Source: Elusimicrobiota bacterium (lineage in GTDB: Bacteria > Elusimicrobiota > Elusimicrobia > UBA1565 > UBA9628). From it: a stretch of 64,000 bases of DNA. Within the stretch, counting starts at the first letter, position 1. Each line of letters opens with the position of its first letter. Shown piece after piece: positions 19,356 through 28,553 of this stretch. The notes beneath the pieces were generated by a model that searched no databases, was not told the DNA's origin, and saw nothing but the letters and a program-made list of their open reading frames with translations. The stretch lies in contig JBIOJO010000013.1 of NCBI GenBank assembly GCA_044450965.1, forward strand, positions 1,853-65,852. The letters are read 5' to 3'. Made by a program: the position numbers and the translations under genes.

Positions 19356-20426
19356 ATGGGCGGCGTGAAAAACCTTCTTTTCTCCCTCTTGCTGCTGGCG
19401 CCCGCCGCGCGCGCCGCGTCGCCGTCCCGGGAGGAGGCCGCGCGCTTCGCCGCCCTGGCGTTGAAGTGCGCGACGGTGGAATTCCCGAACAAGGCCGACC
19501 ACATCGCCGACGGTCCGGACGACCTGGCCCGGCCGCGCGACGCGCATCCGGCGTTCTACGGCTGCTTCGACTGGCATTCGAGCGTGCACGGGCATTGGCT
19601 GATGGTCCGGACGCTGAAGCTGTATCCGGACCTGCCCGACGCGGCGCGCCTGCGCGCGGTCCTGGACGTCCAGCTTTCGACGACCGCGGTCGCGGGGGAG
19701 ATCGCGTATTTGGCGAAGCCCAGCCGGAAGTCGTTCGAGCGCACCTACGGCTGGGCCTGGCTGATGAAGCTGGACACGGAGCTGCGCGGCTGGGATGATC
19801 CCGACGCGCGGCGCTGGTCGGCGGCCCTGGCTCCGCTGACGCGGGAGTTCGCGCGGCGCACGCGGGACTTCCTGCCCAAGCTGACCTATCCCCTCCGCGT
19901 CGGGACCCACCCGAACACGGCGTTCGCGCTGGCTTTCGGCCTGGACTACGCGCGCGCGGCGGGGGACAAGGAACTCGAGGCCCTGCTGGTCGAGCGGACG
20001 AAGACGTATTTTCTCGCGGACAAGGACTATCCCGCGGCCTGGGAGCCGGGCGGGGAGGATTTCTTCTCTCCCGCGCTCCTGGAAGCCGACCTGATGCGCC
20101 GCGTGCTTCCGCCCGCCGCCTTCGCCCGCTGGCTGGACGGCTTCCTGCCGCTCCTGGGCCGCGGCGGGCCGGCGTCCTTGACGACTCCGGCGATCGTGAC
20201 GGACCGTTCCGACCCGCGCATCGTTCATTTGGACGGCCTGAATCTCAGCCGCGCCTGGTGCTTCCGGGGAATCTCGGCCGGCCTGCCGGCCGACGACCCG
20301 CGCCGGCGGGAGCTGTCCGCGCTGGCGCGCCGGCATCTGGACGCGTCCCTGCCGCACGTGACCAGCGGCGCCTACGAAGGCGAGCACTGGCTGGCGACGT
20401 TCGCCGTGTTCGCGCTGGCGCCCTAG
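19356..20426 (+). CDS. secreted hypothetical protein, possibly DUF2891-like
   Basis: Signal peptide; conserved-looking HPAFYGCFDWHSSVHGHW block. Confidence 0.4.
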   Translation: MGGVKNLLFSLLLLAPAARAASPSREEAARFAALALKCATVEFPNKADHIADGPDDLARPRDAHPAFYGCFDWHSSVHGHWLMVRTLKLYPDLPDAARLRAVLDVQLSTTAVAGEIAYLAKPSRKSFERTYGWAWLMKLDTELRGWDDPDARRWSAALAPLTREFARRTRDFLPKLTYPLRVGTHPNTAFALAFGLDYARAAGDKELEALLVERTKTYFLADKDYPAAWEPGGEDFFSPALLEADLMRRVLPPAAFARWLDGFLPLLGRGGPASLTTPAIVTDRSDPRIVHLDGLNLSRAWCFRGISAGLPADDPRRRELSALARRHLDASLPHVTSGAYEGEHWLATFAVFALAP

Positions 20427-21547
20427 CGAAGCCGCGGCTCGGCGCCGCGTCCGTCCCGGATGGTGAAGCGCTTGAACGCCGTCCGGAGCGTCGCCGCGAT
20501 CGTCCGGGGAACCGCCAGTTCGGCGCCGATGCCGTCGAAGCGCGGGTCGTGCGCGACGCGGAACACCTCGACGCCGGCCGCGGCCGCGCGGTCGGACAGC
20601 TCCTCGACCAGGTTCAGGATCGGATCGGTCGCCCGGAAGCACCAGGGACAGGAACGATGGTTCACGGACAGCCGTCCGCAGGCCGCGCAGGAGCGGCCCA
20701 TTTTCGCCCAGCCTTCGCGGACCAGGAGGCGCTTCACGCAGCCCTGCTGCAGCGCCTCGGCGACGCGCTCCAGCCCCGCGACGGCGCCGCCCGCGCGCGC
20801 TTCGGTCAGGAAATGCGAGACCAGGACGTCCTCGCGCAGCTTCAGCGCCTGGAGCTCGTTGTGCCTCACGCGCTCGACGACGGCTTCCACCGGACGCTCG
20901 GGTCCCAGCAGGGATTCGTGGATCAGTTGGTTCTGCGGATCGGCGTCCAACAACGGCTCCAACGCGGTCAGAAGGCCCGGCTCCGATCCCAGCACCAGCC
21001 GGTCGGCGCGCCGAGTCCGGTAGAGAGCGTTGACGCGGGCGGCCAGCGCGGACAGGTCTCCGCCGTCGAACGCCCCCGAAAGGGTTTCCAGATCGTGCGA
21101 TTCGCCGAGATGAATCTCGGTGAACCGCGCGGATCGCGGGTCGCATTGGAGCGACAGGAAGCGGTAGCTCCGTTGGCGCAGGTCGTTCAGCGGGCGCAGG
21201 TAGGGGCGATTTGAAACGGTCAAAGAGGCGCTCAGCGTTTCCGGCACGGCGAACGTCTCGAAGATCCCGTACTTCACGCAGGAGTAGACGCACAGCCCGC
21301 GCCGCGCGCCCGGGACGAAGCTCCGGCGCACGAAGGAGGAGATATGCTCGGTGTCTCGGGGCGCTCCCAACGGGCCGCCCTTCGCCGCGGCGGCTTCCTT
21401 GATCAGCCGGTCGAGGGTCGCCGGATAGGCGCCGGACGCGTCCACCGGCAGATGCAGGCTGACGACGTTCGGTTCGGAGGACTTCCAAGCGGCCAGCGCA
21501 TCCACTTTTTCGGCGCTGAGGAAAAATGACGGAGTGTCTGAATGCAT
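20423..21547 (-). CDS. hypothetical protein with a C-terminal Cys4 zinc ribbon (possible eRF1/Pelota-like baeRF-type fold, speculative)
   Basis: 374 aa; CAACGRLSVNHRSCPWC near the C-terminus; no GGQ seen. Confidence 0.4.
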   Translation of the reverse strand: MHSDTPSFFLSAEKVDALAAWKSSEPNVVSLHLPVDASGAYPATLDRLIKEAAAAKGGPLGAPRDTEHISSFVRRSFVPGARRGLCVYSCVKYGIFETFAVPETLSASLTVSNRPYLRPLNDLRQRSYRFLSLQCDPRSARFTEIHLGESHDLETLSGAFDGGDLSALAARVNALYRTRRADRLVLGSEPGLLTALEPLLDADPQNQLIHESLLGPERPVEAVVERVRHNELQALKLREDVLVSHFLTEARAGGAVAGLERVAEALQQGCVKRLLVREGWAKMGRSCAACGRLSVNHRSCPWCFRATDPILNLVEELSDRAAAAGVEVFRVAHDPRFDGIGAELAVPRTIAATLRTAFKRFTIRDGRGAEPRLR

Positions 21548-21613
21548 CGAGAGGACCTTGATCCGAGGATAGCCCGCCCTTCCAGCCGTGTCAAGTTAAC
21601 TCCCGGCAAACTC

Positions 21614-23590
21614 TCAGCGCGCGCGAAGGCTCCGGACGGCGCCGTCCCAGCCGATGAAGAACGGGGACTCGGAATCCTGGAGGACCAGCCCGCCTTCCAG
21701 GACGCGCAGGCCGTCATAAGAACCGGGTTTTTCCGCGGGAACCGGCAAAGTCCAGTCCTTCACGGGCATTCCGGTGCTTTCGTCCATCTCGACCAGGCGG
21801 TTCGCCTCGAAGACGATCCAGGCGTGCCCGCCCGCGCGGTGCACCAGGCGCGGCGTGTGCGGGGGGGCTCCGACGGGGCGGGGCCAGCGCTCGAACAGGC
21901 GCTTCGACTGGATTTTTGGCAGCACCGTGCCGCTCGGGTCGATGACGTTCCAGTCGTAGGCGTACTGGTAGATCAAAGTTCCATCCGGCAGCACATCGAG
22001 TTGGAGGCCCCCGATCGTGCTGAGCCCGGACCAACCGTGCTTCCAGAGCGTCTGAATTTTCCCGTCCTCGAAGCAGACGGCCACGGCTTCCTCGTCGCCG
22101 ATCCTCACGGGGACGAAATACGCGGTCTTGCCGCCTACCTGATAGGCGAGCGCGGTCCGGGCCGACGCGTACAGGTTCTCGGCGCGGCCGGGAAGGCGCC
22201 AGGTCCGGGCGTGCGGGGCGGGGCGGGACAGCGTCAGTCCATCCTTGGCGATCGTCGCGGTGAGAGGCAGTTCCTGGGATTGCAATGAGATCAGGCCGAA
22301 TCCCGTCTTGGACTGAGAGCACGTCCGCGCCCGGCCGTCGTCGTCCATCGCGCAGAATTGCGATTCGAGCCCTTTACGGAAGCCGACGCCGAGGACGCCT
22401 CCTTGCCGCAGGAGGTTCTCGGCGGTCCCGAGTTCGGGATCGACCGGATGCACGCCGCTTTGCGGACGTCCGACCCAGAACGAGGTCTTGTTCCCGGCCG
22501 CGGTCGTGACCCGGCGCTGGACCAGCAGGCGCCCGTCCCGGTCCCACACCGCGGCGTCCACGTGGGTCCGGTAGGGCTCGTTCAGAGCGAAGCGTCCCTT
22601 CTCTCCGTCAGGCAGGAGTCGTCGCACGCGGCCGTCGGGAGAGATCCAGAACAGCCCGCCGGCGACCGTGTCGGCGAGCGCTCCGGCGGACCGGACGGCG
22701 GGATACAGCGCCGCCTCGGCCTCCTCCGTCGAGGTTCCGATGGCCAGCAGCAAAGACGCCGTGCCCGGCTTGACCAGCCGCAGCGACGAGGTCAGCTGCG
22801 CGTAGGCCAGCTCCTCCGCGCCCCAGCAGAGCAGGAGGCCGGCCGAGAACAGCAGGGCCGTGCCGAGCATCCCGCCCGCGCCGAGGGGCGCCGCGCGCTC
22901 CGCTTTGGCCGCGAGGGGCTTCAGCGCGCCGGCTTTCGCCGCGAGCCCCGCCAACGCCGCGAGAAACAGGATCGGGCCGAACGACTCCACGCGGTCGGAG
23001 AAGAACGCGGGGTATTGCAGGCATAAGAGGATGGGGACCGTCTCGGCGGCGGCGAAGACGCTCCCGATCAGGCCGCCGGCGACGGCGTGTCCCAGGACGT
23101 AGGAGGCGGCGTAGCACGACGCGATCAGCTCGAAGGCCAGGAACGCGACCAGGCCGCGGTACATCATGGCGTGCGTCCAGGACGTCCAGGTCGCCGGACC
23201 GTTGAAGTCGAAGATGGCCCTGCTCCAGCCGGGCGCGACCAGTCCGCCGACGACGGCGGTGAGCAATATGAGGAGGACGAACTGGATCAGCGCGCCCGTC
23301 AGGCCGCGGAGGAGGCGTCCGGTCGCCGACGCGGGAAGCGGCGCGTCGGCATCGCGGACGGCGGCGGCGCGCAGGCCGGCGCCGGCGGAGGAACCGAAGA
23401 TCACGGCGGCGATCGGCAGTCCGACGATGGCCCACCACCACATCCCGGCCTGCAAGGAGACTCCGACGTCCAGGCCTTTCTGCTTGGCGACCAGGTATGA
23501 GAGCGGGGGGAGCAGGACGCAGGACGCGGCCAGGCCGATCGAGGTCATGCGGTTCTTGCGGAGCTCGAGCGAGATCAGCGCGGTATTCAT
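21614..23590 (-). CDS. ABC-2 type permease fused to a large C-terminal extracytoplasmic (beta-rich) domain
   Basis: About 6 TM helices in the N-terminal 330 aa then a 330-aa W/G-rich domain; overlaps the upstream ABC ATPase stop. Confidence 0.55.
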   Translation of the reverse strand: MNTALISLELRKNRMTSIGLAASCVLLPPLSYLVAKQKGLDVGVSLQAGMWWWAIVGLPIAAVIFGSSAGAGLRAAAVRDADAPLPASATGRLLRGLTGALIQFVLLILLTAVVGGLVAPGWSRAIFDFNGPATWTSWTHAMMYRGLVAFLAFELIASCYAASYVLGHAVAGGLIGSVFAAAETVPILLCLQYPAFFSDRVESFGPILFLAALAGLAAKAGALKPLAAKAERAAPLGAGGMLGTALLFSAGLLLCWGAEELAYAQLTSSLRLVKPGTASLLLAIGTSTEEAEAALYPAVRSAGALADTVAGGLFWISPDGRVRRLLPDGEKGRFALNEPYRTHVDAAVWDRDGRLLVQRRVTTAAGNKTSFWVGRPQSGVHPVDPELGTAENLLRQGGVLGVGFRKGLESQFCAMDDDGRARTCSQSKTGFGLISLQSQELPLTATIAKDGLTLSRPAPHARTWRLPGRAENLYASARTALAYQVGGKTAYFVPVRIGDEEAVAVCFEDGKIQTLWKHGWSGLSTIGGLQLDVLPDGTLIYQYAYDWNVIDPSGTVLPKIQSKRLFERWPRPVGAPPHTPRLVHRAGGHAWIVFEANRLVEMDESTGMPVKDWTLPVPAEKPGSYDGLRVLEGGLVLQDSESPFFIGWDGAVRSLRAR

Positions 23591-24459
23591 CGGGAACCTC
23601 CGTGAACGGACAGCAGGGCTTTGATCGTTTCGGTCATGGGCAGGGCTTCCTCGTCGGCGGCCTCCAGCCCGGCCGCGAGAAGGCGTCCGCGGGCGTCGGC
23701 GTCGAGCGCCGCCCAGGCGCCGACGGGGCCGGAGGAGGCCAGAGCCGCGATGCCGTCGGGGGCGCGGAAGCCGGGGCCCGGACGGCCGGTGACGCGGCGC
23801 GCCTCGGTCCGCAGCTTCTCGGCGTCGTAGATTCCGGCGATCTTTCCGCCGGACATGACCCAGATCTCGTCCAGCAGGCCGGACAGCTCATCAAGCCGGT
23901 GGCTGGCGATCAGGACGGTCTTCCCCGCCTCGCCCAGCTCGGAGACCAGGCCGGAGAGGACCTCCTCGCGCACCAGCGCGTCCAGCCCGGACGTGGGCTC
24001 GTCCAGCAGATATAAGGACGGGTCGTGCGCGGCGGCGCACACCCAGGCCAGCTTGCCGAGCGTGCCCTTGCTGGCGCCGGCGACGCGGATCTCCGGGGCC
24101 AGGCCCAGCCGGCGGCACAGCGCGTCGGCGCGCGCCGCGTCCCAGCGGTCGAACAGCTTGGCGCGAAGGGCCAGCGCCTCCCCGACGGTCATGAAATCGT
24201 GAAAGACGGGGCGCTCGGGCACGTAGCCGACGAGGCGCCGGATGCCGCCGTCGCCGTTCAGGCGGTTCCCCAGAACCTCGACGCGGCCCGATTCCGGAGC
24301 CAGAAGGTCGAGCAGGACCTTGAACAAGGTCGTCTTGCCCTCGCCGTTGCGTCCGAGCAGGCCGATGACCTTGCCCTCGTCGGCGCGGACAGACAGGCCG
24401 TCCAGCACGCGCCGTCCGTCGAAACTGCGCGTCACGCCGTCTAGGATGATGGGATTCAC
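23587..24459 (-). CDS. ABC transporter ATP-binding protein
   Basis: Walker A GRNGEGKTT, signature LSGG-like GTLGK, Walker B LYLLDEPTSGLD, H-loop. Confidence 0.85.
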   Translation of the reverse strand: MNPIILDGVTRSFDGRRVLDGLSVRADEGKVIGLLGRNGEGKTTLFKVLLDLLAPESGRVEVLGNRLNGDGGIRRLVGYVPERPVFHDFMTVGEALALRAKLFDRWDAARADALCRRLGLAPEIRVAGASKGTLGKLAWVCAAAHDPSLYLLDEPTSGLDALVREEVLSGLVSELGEAGKTVLIASHRLDELSGLLDEIWVMSGGKIAGIYDAEKLRTEARRVTGRPGPGFRAPDGIAALASSGPVGAWAALDADARGRLLAAGLEAADEEALPMTETIKALLSVHGGSR

Positions 24460-24827
24460 GGTTCCTCCCGGCGGGCCTCGCGGACCGCCGCTTCGACGTC
24501 GTTCCAGCTGAGACCGCCGCGTCGCGCCTGGCGGAGGGACTCGCGCAGGCGGACGCGCATGTCGTCCAGCCCGCTCTTCGCCATGCGGGGGGCGGCGTCG
24601 GCGACCACGGTGCCTTCGCCGCGGCGGGCGTCCAGCACGCCTTCGACGACCAGCTCCCGCACGGCGCGGGCGACGGTGTTGGGGTTGACCTTCAGGGTCT
24701 CGGCGAGTCCGCGGATGGACGGCGCCGGATCCCCGGGGCGGAGCGCGCCGCGGGCGATGAGGCCGCGCAGGCCGGCCTTGATCTGCTCGTTCAGCGGCAC
24801 CGGCGAACGCGAGTCGATGTTGATCAT
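24456..24827 (-). CDS. GntR family transcriptional regulator, YtrA subfamily
   Basis: 123 aa; winged HTH (PSIRGLAETLKVNPNTVARAVREL) with the short C-terminus typical of YtrA; first gene of a GntR-ABC-permease operon. Confidence 0.8.
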   Translation of the reverse strand: MINIDSRSPVPLNEQIKAGLRGLIARGALRPGDPAPSIRGLAETLKVNPNTVARAVRELVVEGVLDARRGEGTVVADAAPRMAKSGLDDMRVRLRESLRQARRGGLSWNDVEAAVREARREEP

Positions 24828-24828
24828 A

Positions 24829-24862
24829 TGTGTACTAGTGAACTAGTACACTAGTATTCTAG
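24829..24862. promoter_or_regulatory. Palindromic operator immediately upstream of the gntR start
   Basis: GTGTACTAGT ga ACTAGTACAC (perfect 10-bp inverted repeat) followed by a third ACTAGT; a second palindrome GTCAAGGG gt CCCTTGAC lies at about 24881-24898. Confidence 0.5.
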
Positions 24863-25359
24863 CCCCGGGCCTTCATTTTGTCAAGGGGTCCCTTGACGCG
24901 AACGGCCGACGCCTCTATTCTGACAGCGGAGGAACCATGTCCACCCTGCTGATTTTCCTGCTGGGAGCGCCGCTTCTGCTGTTGGGAATCGCGCCGGCGG
25001 CGGCGCTGTGGCGGCGCCGCGGCGAAAAGAGGACCGTCCACCGGCGCGCGCCCGCGCCGCCGCTGATCATGCCGACCGCCGAGGAGACGGCGGCGAGCAT
25101 CGAGCGTTTTCGCGACGCCGTCCGCCGCTTCCGGGAGACCGAAGCGGCATGGGAGTCGGAGCGGATTCGGGCCTTGACGGGACACGACGGCGGGGGTATC
25201 CTTCGTCGACGGCGCCCTCGGAGGACATCCCGATGAACCCCCTCGCTTTTCTCGCCTTGATCCCGCTCTCGATGCTGGCCGCGATGTACCTTTACGAGCG
25301 CACGCACCAGGAAGTCGCCATGCGGGTGCGCTCCGACGGCCGCCGCGCGCCGCGCTGAT

Positions 25360-26142
25360 CTAGCGCTGGCAGGACGGGCAGTAGCGGCTGGCGCGGCCGC
25401 CGATGCTTCGGCGCGTGTCCAGCGTCTTGGCTCCGCAGGTTCCGCATATCTCCCGGCCGTAGACCATGACGCCCATCTGCATGCGGCCCGGGCGACCCAG
25501 CGGATCCAGGAAAGACTCGTCGTCGAGGGTGGCTCCGCCGGCCTCCACGCCGCGGCGAAGGATGTCCGCGCAGGCGAGGGCCAGGAGATCGCTTTCGGCG
25601 CGGCTCAGCGACTTGCCCGCCCGTCCGGGGCGGACCTTCGCCTGATGCAGCGCCTCGGTGGCATAGATGTTTCCCAGTCCCGCGATCAGACGCTGGTCCA
25701 TGATCAGGGCCTTCACCGGCGCGGTGCGCTTGCGCAGAACCTTCCAAAGATAGTCCGCGCTGAATTCCGGATCCATGGGCTCCGGACCCAGCTTCGGCAG
25801 GGGGCAGCCGACGCGGCCGAAGCGGCGGGAATCGTGGAAAAGCACTTCATCGGCGTCGATGCGCATGGCGAATCGGACGTGGGGGCTCACGCCGCCCACG
25901 GTGATTCGCCCGGACATGCCAAGATGGAACACGACGCTGGGGCGTCCTTCCAGGTCGGCGACCAGGTATTTGCCGCGGCGGGAGAAGCCTTTGATCGTCG
26001 CGCCGTTGAGAGCCTGGACGGCGGCCGCGGGCGGGCGGCGGTAGAACGTGGGCTTGCCGATCTTCGCCGAGGAAATGATCTTGCCCGCGTAGCGTTCGTG
26101 CAGGACGCGGCGCACGGTCTCGACCTCCGGCAGTTCGGGCAT
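25360..26142 (-). CDS. fpg: formamidopyrimidine-DNA glycosylase
   Basis: N-terminal MPELPEVE, C-terminal zinc finger CGTCG...CPSCQ. Confidence 0.85.
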   Translation of the reverse strand: MPELPEVETVRRVLHERYAGKIISSAKIGKPTFYRRPPAAAVQALNGATIKGFSRRGKYLVADLEGRPSVVFHLGMSGRITVGGVSPHVRFAMRIDADEVLFHDSRRFGRVGCPLPKLGPEPMDPEFSADYLWKVLRKRTAPVKALIMDQRLIAGLGNIYATEALHQAKVRPGRAGKSLSRAESDLLALACADILRRGVEAGGATLDDESFLDPLGRPGRMQMGVMVYGREICGTCGAKTLDTRRSIGGRASRYCPSCQR

Positions 26143-26678
26143 CAGCGGGCGCCTTGGTTCCAGGGCATTCGCGCGAGGATCATCGCCATCGTGCAGGTGT
26201 CGGTGACGGCGGAAAACATCAGCCCCGCGGCCACGAAGGCCGACAGGCCGAAAAATGCGCGATGAACAAGGAGGCCGAGGGCGATCCCCGCGGCGACCAG
26301 GAGGCCGGCGGCGAAGCGTACCTGTCGTTCCAGGCTCCAGACCCGGGAGAAGCCGCGCACGACCGGGCTTCCCGACGCGATCCACGCGTCCAGCCCTCCG
26401 CGCACGACCTGAATGTCGCGGTGGCCCAGCTGGTGGAGCTGGGTGGCGGCGGACGCCGCGCGCGCGCCCGAACGGCACAGCAGGTACACGGGACGGGAAC
26501 GATCGAGCGCACCCACGTGCTCGCGCAGCCGCGATAGCGGCAGGTTCAGCGCGCCTTCGACGCGGAGAGCGTCGATCTCGGAGACTTCCCGCACGTCCAC
26601 CAGCTGCGCGCCGCCGCTTTGATCGACGGCCCGGTGCGCCGCCGCCGGCTCGATGAAGGAGTAGTGCTCCTCGATCAT
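26142..26678 (-). CDS. rhodanese-domain sulfurtransferase with a C-terminal 2-TM anchor (YgaP-like)
   Basis: Rhodanese active site VYLLCRSGARAASAATQL; two C-terminal TM helices; start overlaps the moeZ stop. Confidence 0.65.
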   Translation of the reverse strand: MIEEHYSFIEPAAAHRAVDQSGGAQLVDVREVSEIDALRVEGALNLPLSRLREHVGALDRSRPVYLLCRSGARAASAATQLHQLGHRDIQVVRGGLDAWIASGSPVVRGFSRVWSLERQVRFAAGLLVAAGIALGLLVHRAFFGLSAFVAAGLMFSAVTDTCTMAMILARMPWNQGAR

Positions 26679-27820
26679 CAGTAGGTCGGAACCGACGGGT
26701 CGATATCCTCCGACCACGCGGTGATGCCGCCGGCGACGTTCGTCGCGTCGAAGCCTTGCGCGCGCAGCAGCTGCACGGCGCGGGCGGAGCGGCCGCCCAT
26801 CTTGCAGTGCACGATCAGCTTCGCGGCCTTGTCCAGCTCGCCGACGCGCTGGGGCAGCTCGCCCAGGGGGATCAGCTTGGATCCGGGGATCTTGGCGATC
26901 TCGTACTCGTGCGGCTCGCGCACGTCCAGAAGGACGAACTTCTCCTTCTTGTCGATCTTGGCCTTCAGCTCTACGACGGTGATCTCGGGAATCATGTTGG
27001 CGGGTTTCTCCTTGAGGCCGCAGAAAGCCTCGTAATCGATGGGGGCGGTGATCGTCGGCTTGTCGCCGCAGACGGGGCAGGCCGGATTCTTCTTCACCTT
27101 CAGCGTGCGCCACGACTGCTCGAGCGCATCGTACAACATCAGGCGTCCGACCAACGGCTTGCCGATTCCGAGGATGAGCTTGATCGTCTCGATGGCCTGC
27201 ATGGTGCCGATCACGCCGGGGAGCACGCCCAGCACGCCGCCCTCGGCGCACGAGGGCACCAATCCCGGGGGCGGCGGCTCGGGGTAGAGGCAGCGGTAGC
27301 AGGGGCCGTCCTTGGCTCCGAACACGGACAACTGTCCTTCGAACCTGAATATCGAGCCGTACGCGTTGGGCTTGCCGGTCAAGACGCAGGCGTCGTTCAC
27401 GAGATATCTCGTCGGAAAATTGTCCGTCCCATCGGCGACCACGTCGTACTGCTTGAAGAGTTCGATGGCGTTCGCCGAACTCAGTTTGATTTCGTGGGTT
27501 TCGACGGATATGTAGGGATTCAACGCCAGAAGACGTTTCTTGGCGGACATGAGTTTGGGCGTGCCGATGGCGGCCGTGTCATGAATGATCTGCCGTTGAA
27601 GGTTCGACTCATCGACGACGTCGAAATCCACCAAGCCGATGCGCCCCACGCCGGCCGCCGCCAGGTACAGCGCCAGCGGGGAACCGAGGCCGCCGGCCCC
27701 GATGCAGAGCACCGAGGAATTCTTCAGCTTCTTTTGCCCTTCCGGTCCCACCTCCGGCATGATCAAATGCCGGTTGTACCGGAGAAGATCCTGCTTCGTC
27801 AGTTCGGCGTTAGGCGCCAT
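26678..27820 (-). CDS. moeZ: sulfur-carrier adenylyltransferase MoeZ/MoeB (E1-like with a C-terminal rhodanese domain)
   Basis: ThiF/MoeB Rossmann motif GAGGLGSP, CxxC pairs, C-terminal rhodanese HCKMGGRS. Confidence 0.85.
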   Translation of the reverse strand: MAPNAELTKQDLLRYNRHLIMPEVGPEGQKKLKNSSVLCIGAGGLGSPLALYLAAAGVGRIGLVDFDVVDESNLQRQIIHDTAAIGTPKLMSAKKRLLALNPYISVETHEIKLSSANAIELFKQYDVVADGTDNFPTRYLVNDACVLTGKPNAYGSIFRFEGQLSVFGAKDGPCYRCLYPEPPPPGLVPSCAEGGVLGVLPGVIGTMQAIETIKLILGIGKPLVGRLMLYDALEQSWRTLKVKKNPACPVCGDKPTITAPIDYEAFCGLKEKPANMIPEITVVELKAKIDKKEKFVLLDVREPHEYEIAKIPGSKLIPLGELPQRVGELDKAAKLIVHCKMGGRSARAVQLLRAQGFDATNVAGGITAWSEDIDPSVPTY

Positions 27821-28100
27821 GCGTCGAACCCCCCGCGATGGCGGGCACGATGAGAATGGTATCTCCGTCCTTGACCGGCGTCGCCAGCCCCTGCTTGTCG
27901 CGGGCGTCGTCGTCATTCACATAAACATTGACGAACGAGCGTAATTTCCCGTCGGGAGACAGCAATTGCGCCTTCAATCGGTCGTGCTGCTTGAACAAGA
28001 CGTCCAAAGCCTCTCCGACGTTCTTGGCGTCCACGGTTATCTTTTCTTGTTTGTCGGCAAACGCTCGCAGCGCGGTGGGCAGTCGTATCTCGATAGCCAT
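27810..28100 (-). CDS. cysO: CysO/MoaD/ThiS-like sulfur carrier protein with a 5-residue extension after the Gly-Gly
   Basis: 96 aa beta-grasp; ends ...IVPAIAGG-STHGA; GGAGGG RBS. Confidence 0.65.
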   Translation of the reverse strand: MAIEIRLPTALRAFADKQEKITVDAKNVGEALDVLFKQHDRLKAQLLSPDGKLRSFVNVYVNDDDARDKQGLATPVKDGDTILIVPAIAGGSTHGA

Positions 28101-28106
28101 ATAAAT

Positions 28107-28553
28107 TCATCCCTCCAAATATATCGTTTCTTCGACGAAGGAGCGTCCGTCCTCGGTCCGCTGCCAGCTGCGCGAGTCGGCGATCTTGCCGTCGTCCACG
28201 CGCACGATCCAGTAGCTGAGGCACGGCCACGCCATCATCAGGTCGAACGGCGACGGCCAGGCCGGCGCGTTCGGATGCGAATGAAAGAAGCCCACGACCC
28301 CGCGGCCCGTGCCGGACATTTCGGCTTCGACCTTCGCCAGCAGGCGCGGTTCGATCAGGTAGCGGTTCGTCTTGGCCGACGAGTCCCAGCCGTTGGGCAG
28401 GGGGCGCGCTTCGTCCACGACGACGGGGCGGCCCGGCGCGTCGAAAGAGTCGGGGAGCGGGCCGAGGAGCAGGCCGCAGCCCTCGTCGGGGAAGGCCTTC
28501 TCGCAGGTCTCCACGACGATCTTCTCCAGCGCCCGGCCGACCCGCAGGCTCAC
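28107..28553 (-). CDS. mec: JAMM/MPN+ metalloprotease (Mec+-like)
   Basis: JAMM motif GFFHSHPNAPAWPSPFD plus upstream E; GTG start overlaps the cysM stop (start call uncertain). Confidence 0.6.
   Translation of the reverse strand: MSLRVGRALEKIVVETCEKAFPDEGCGLLLGPLPDSFDAPGRPVVVDEARPLPNGWDSSAKTNRYLIEPRLLAKVEAEMSGTGRGVVGFFHSHPNAPAWPSPFDLMMAWPCLSYWIVRVDDGKIADSRSWQRTEDGRSFVEETIYLEG

Noticed and set aside
18810-21488. 892-aa minus-strand ORF
   Set aside because: Spans three independently supported genes on both strands; low-complexity Arg/Pro-rich translation.
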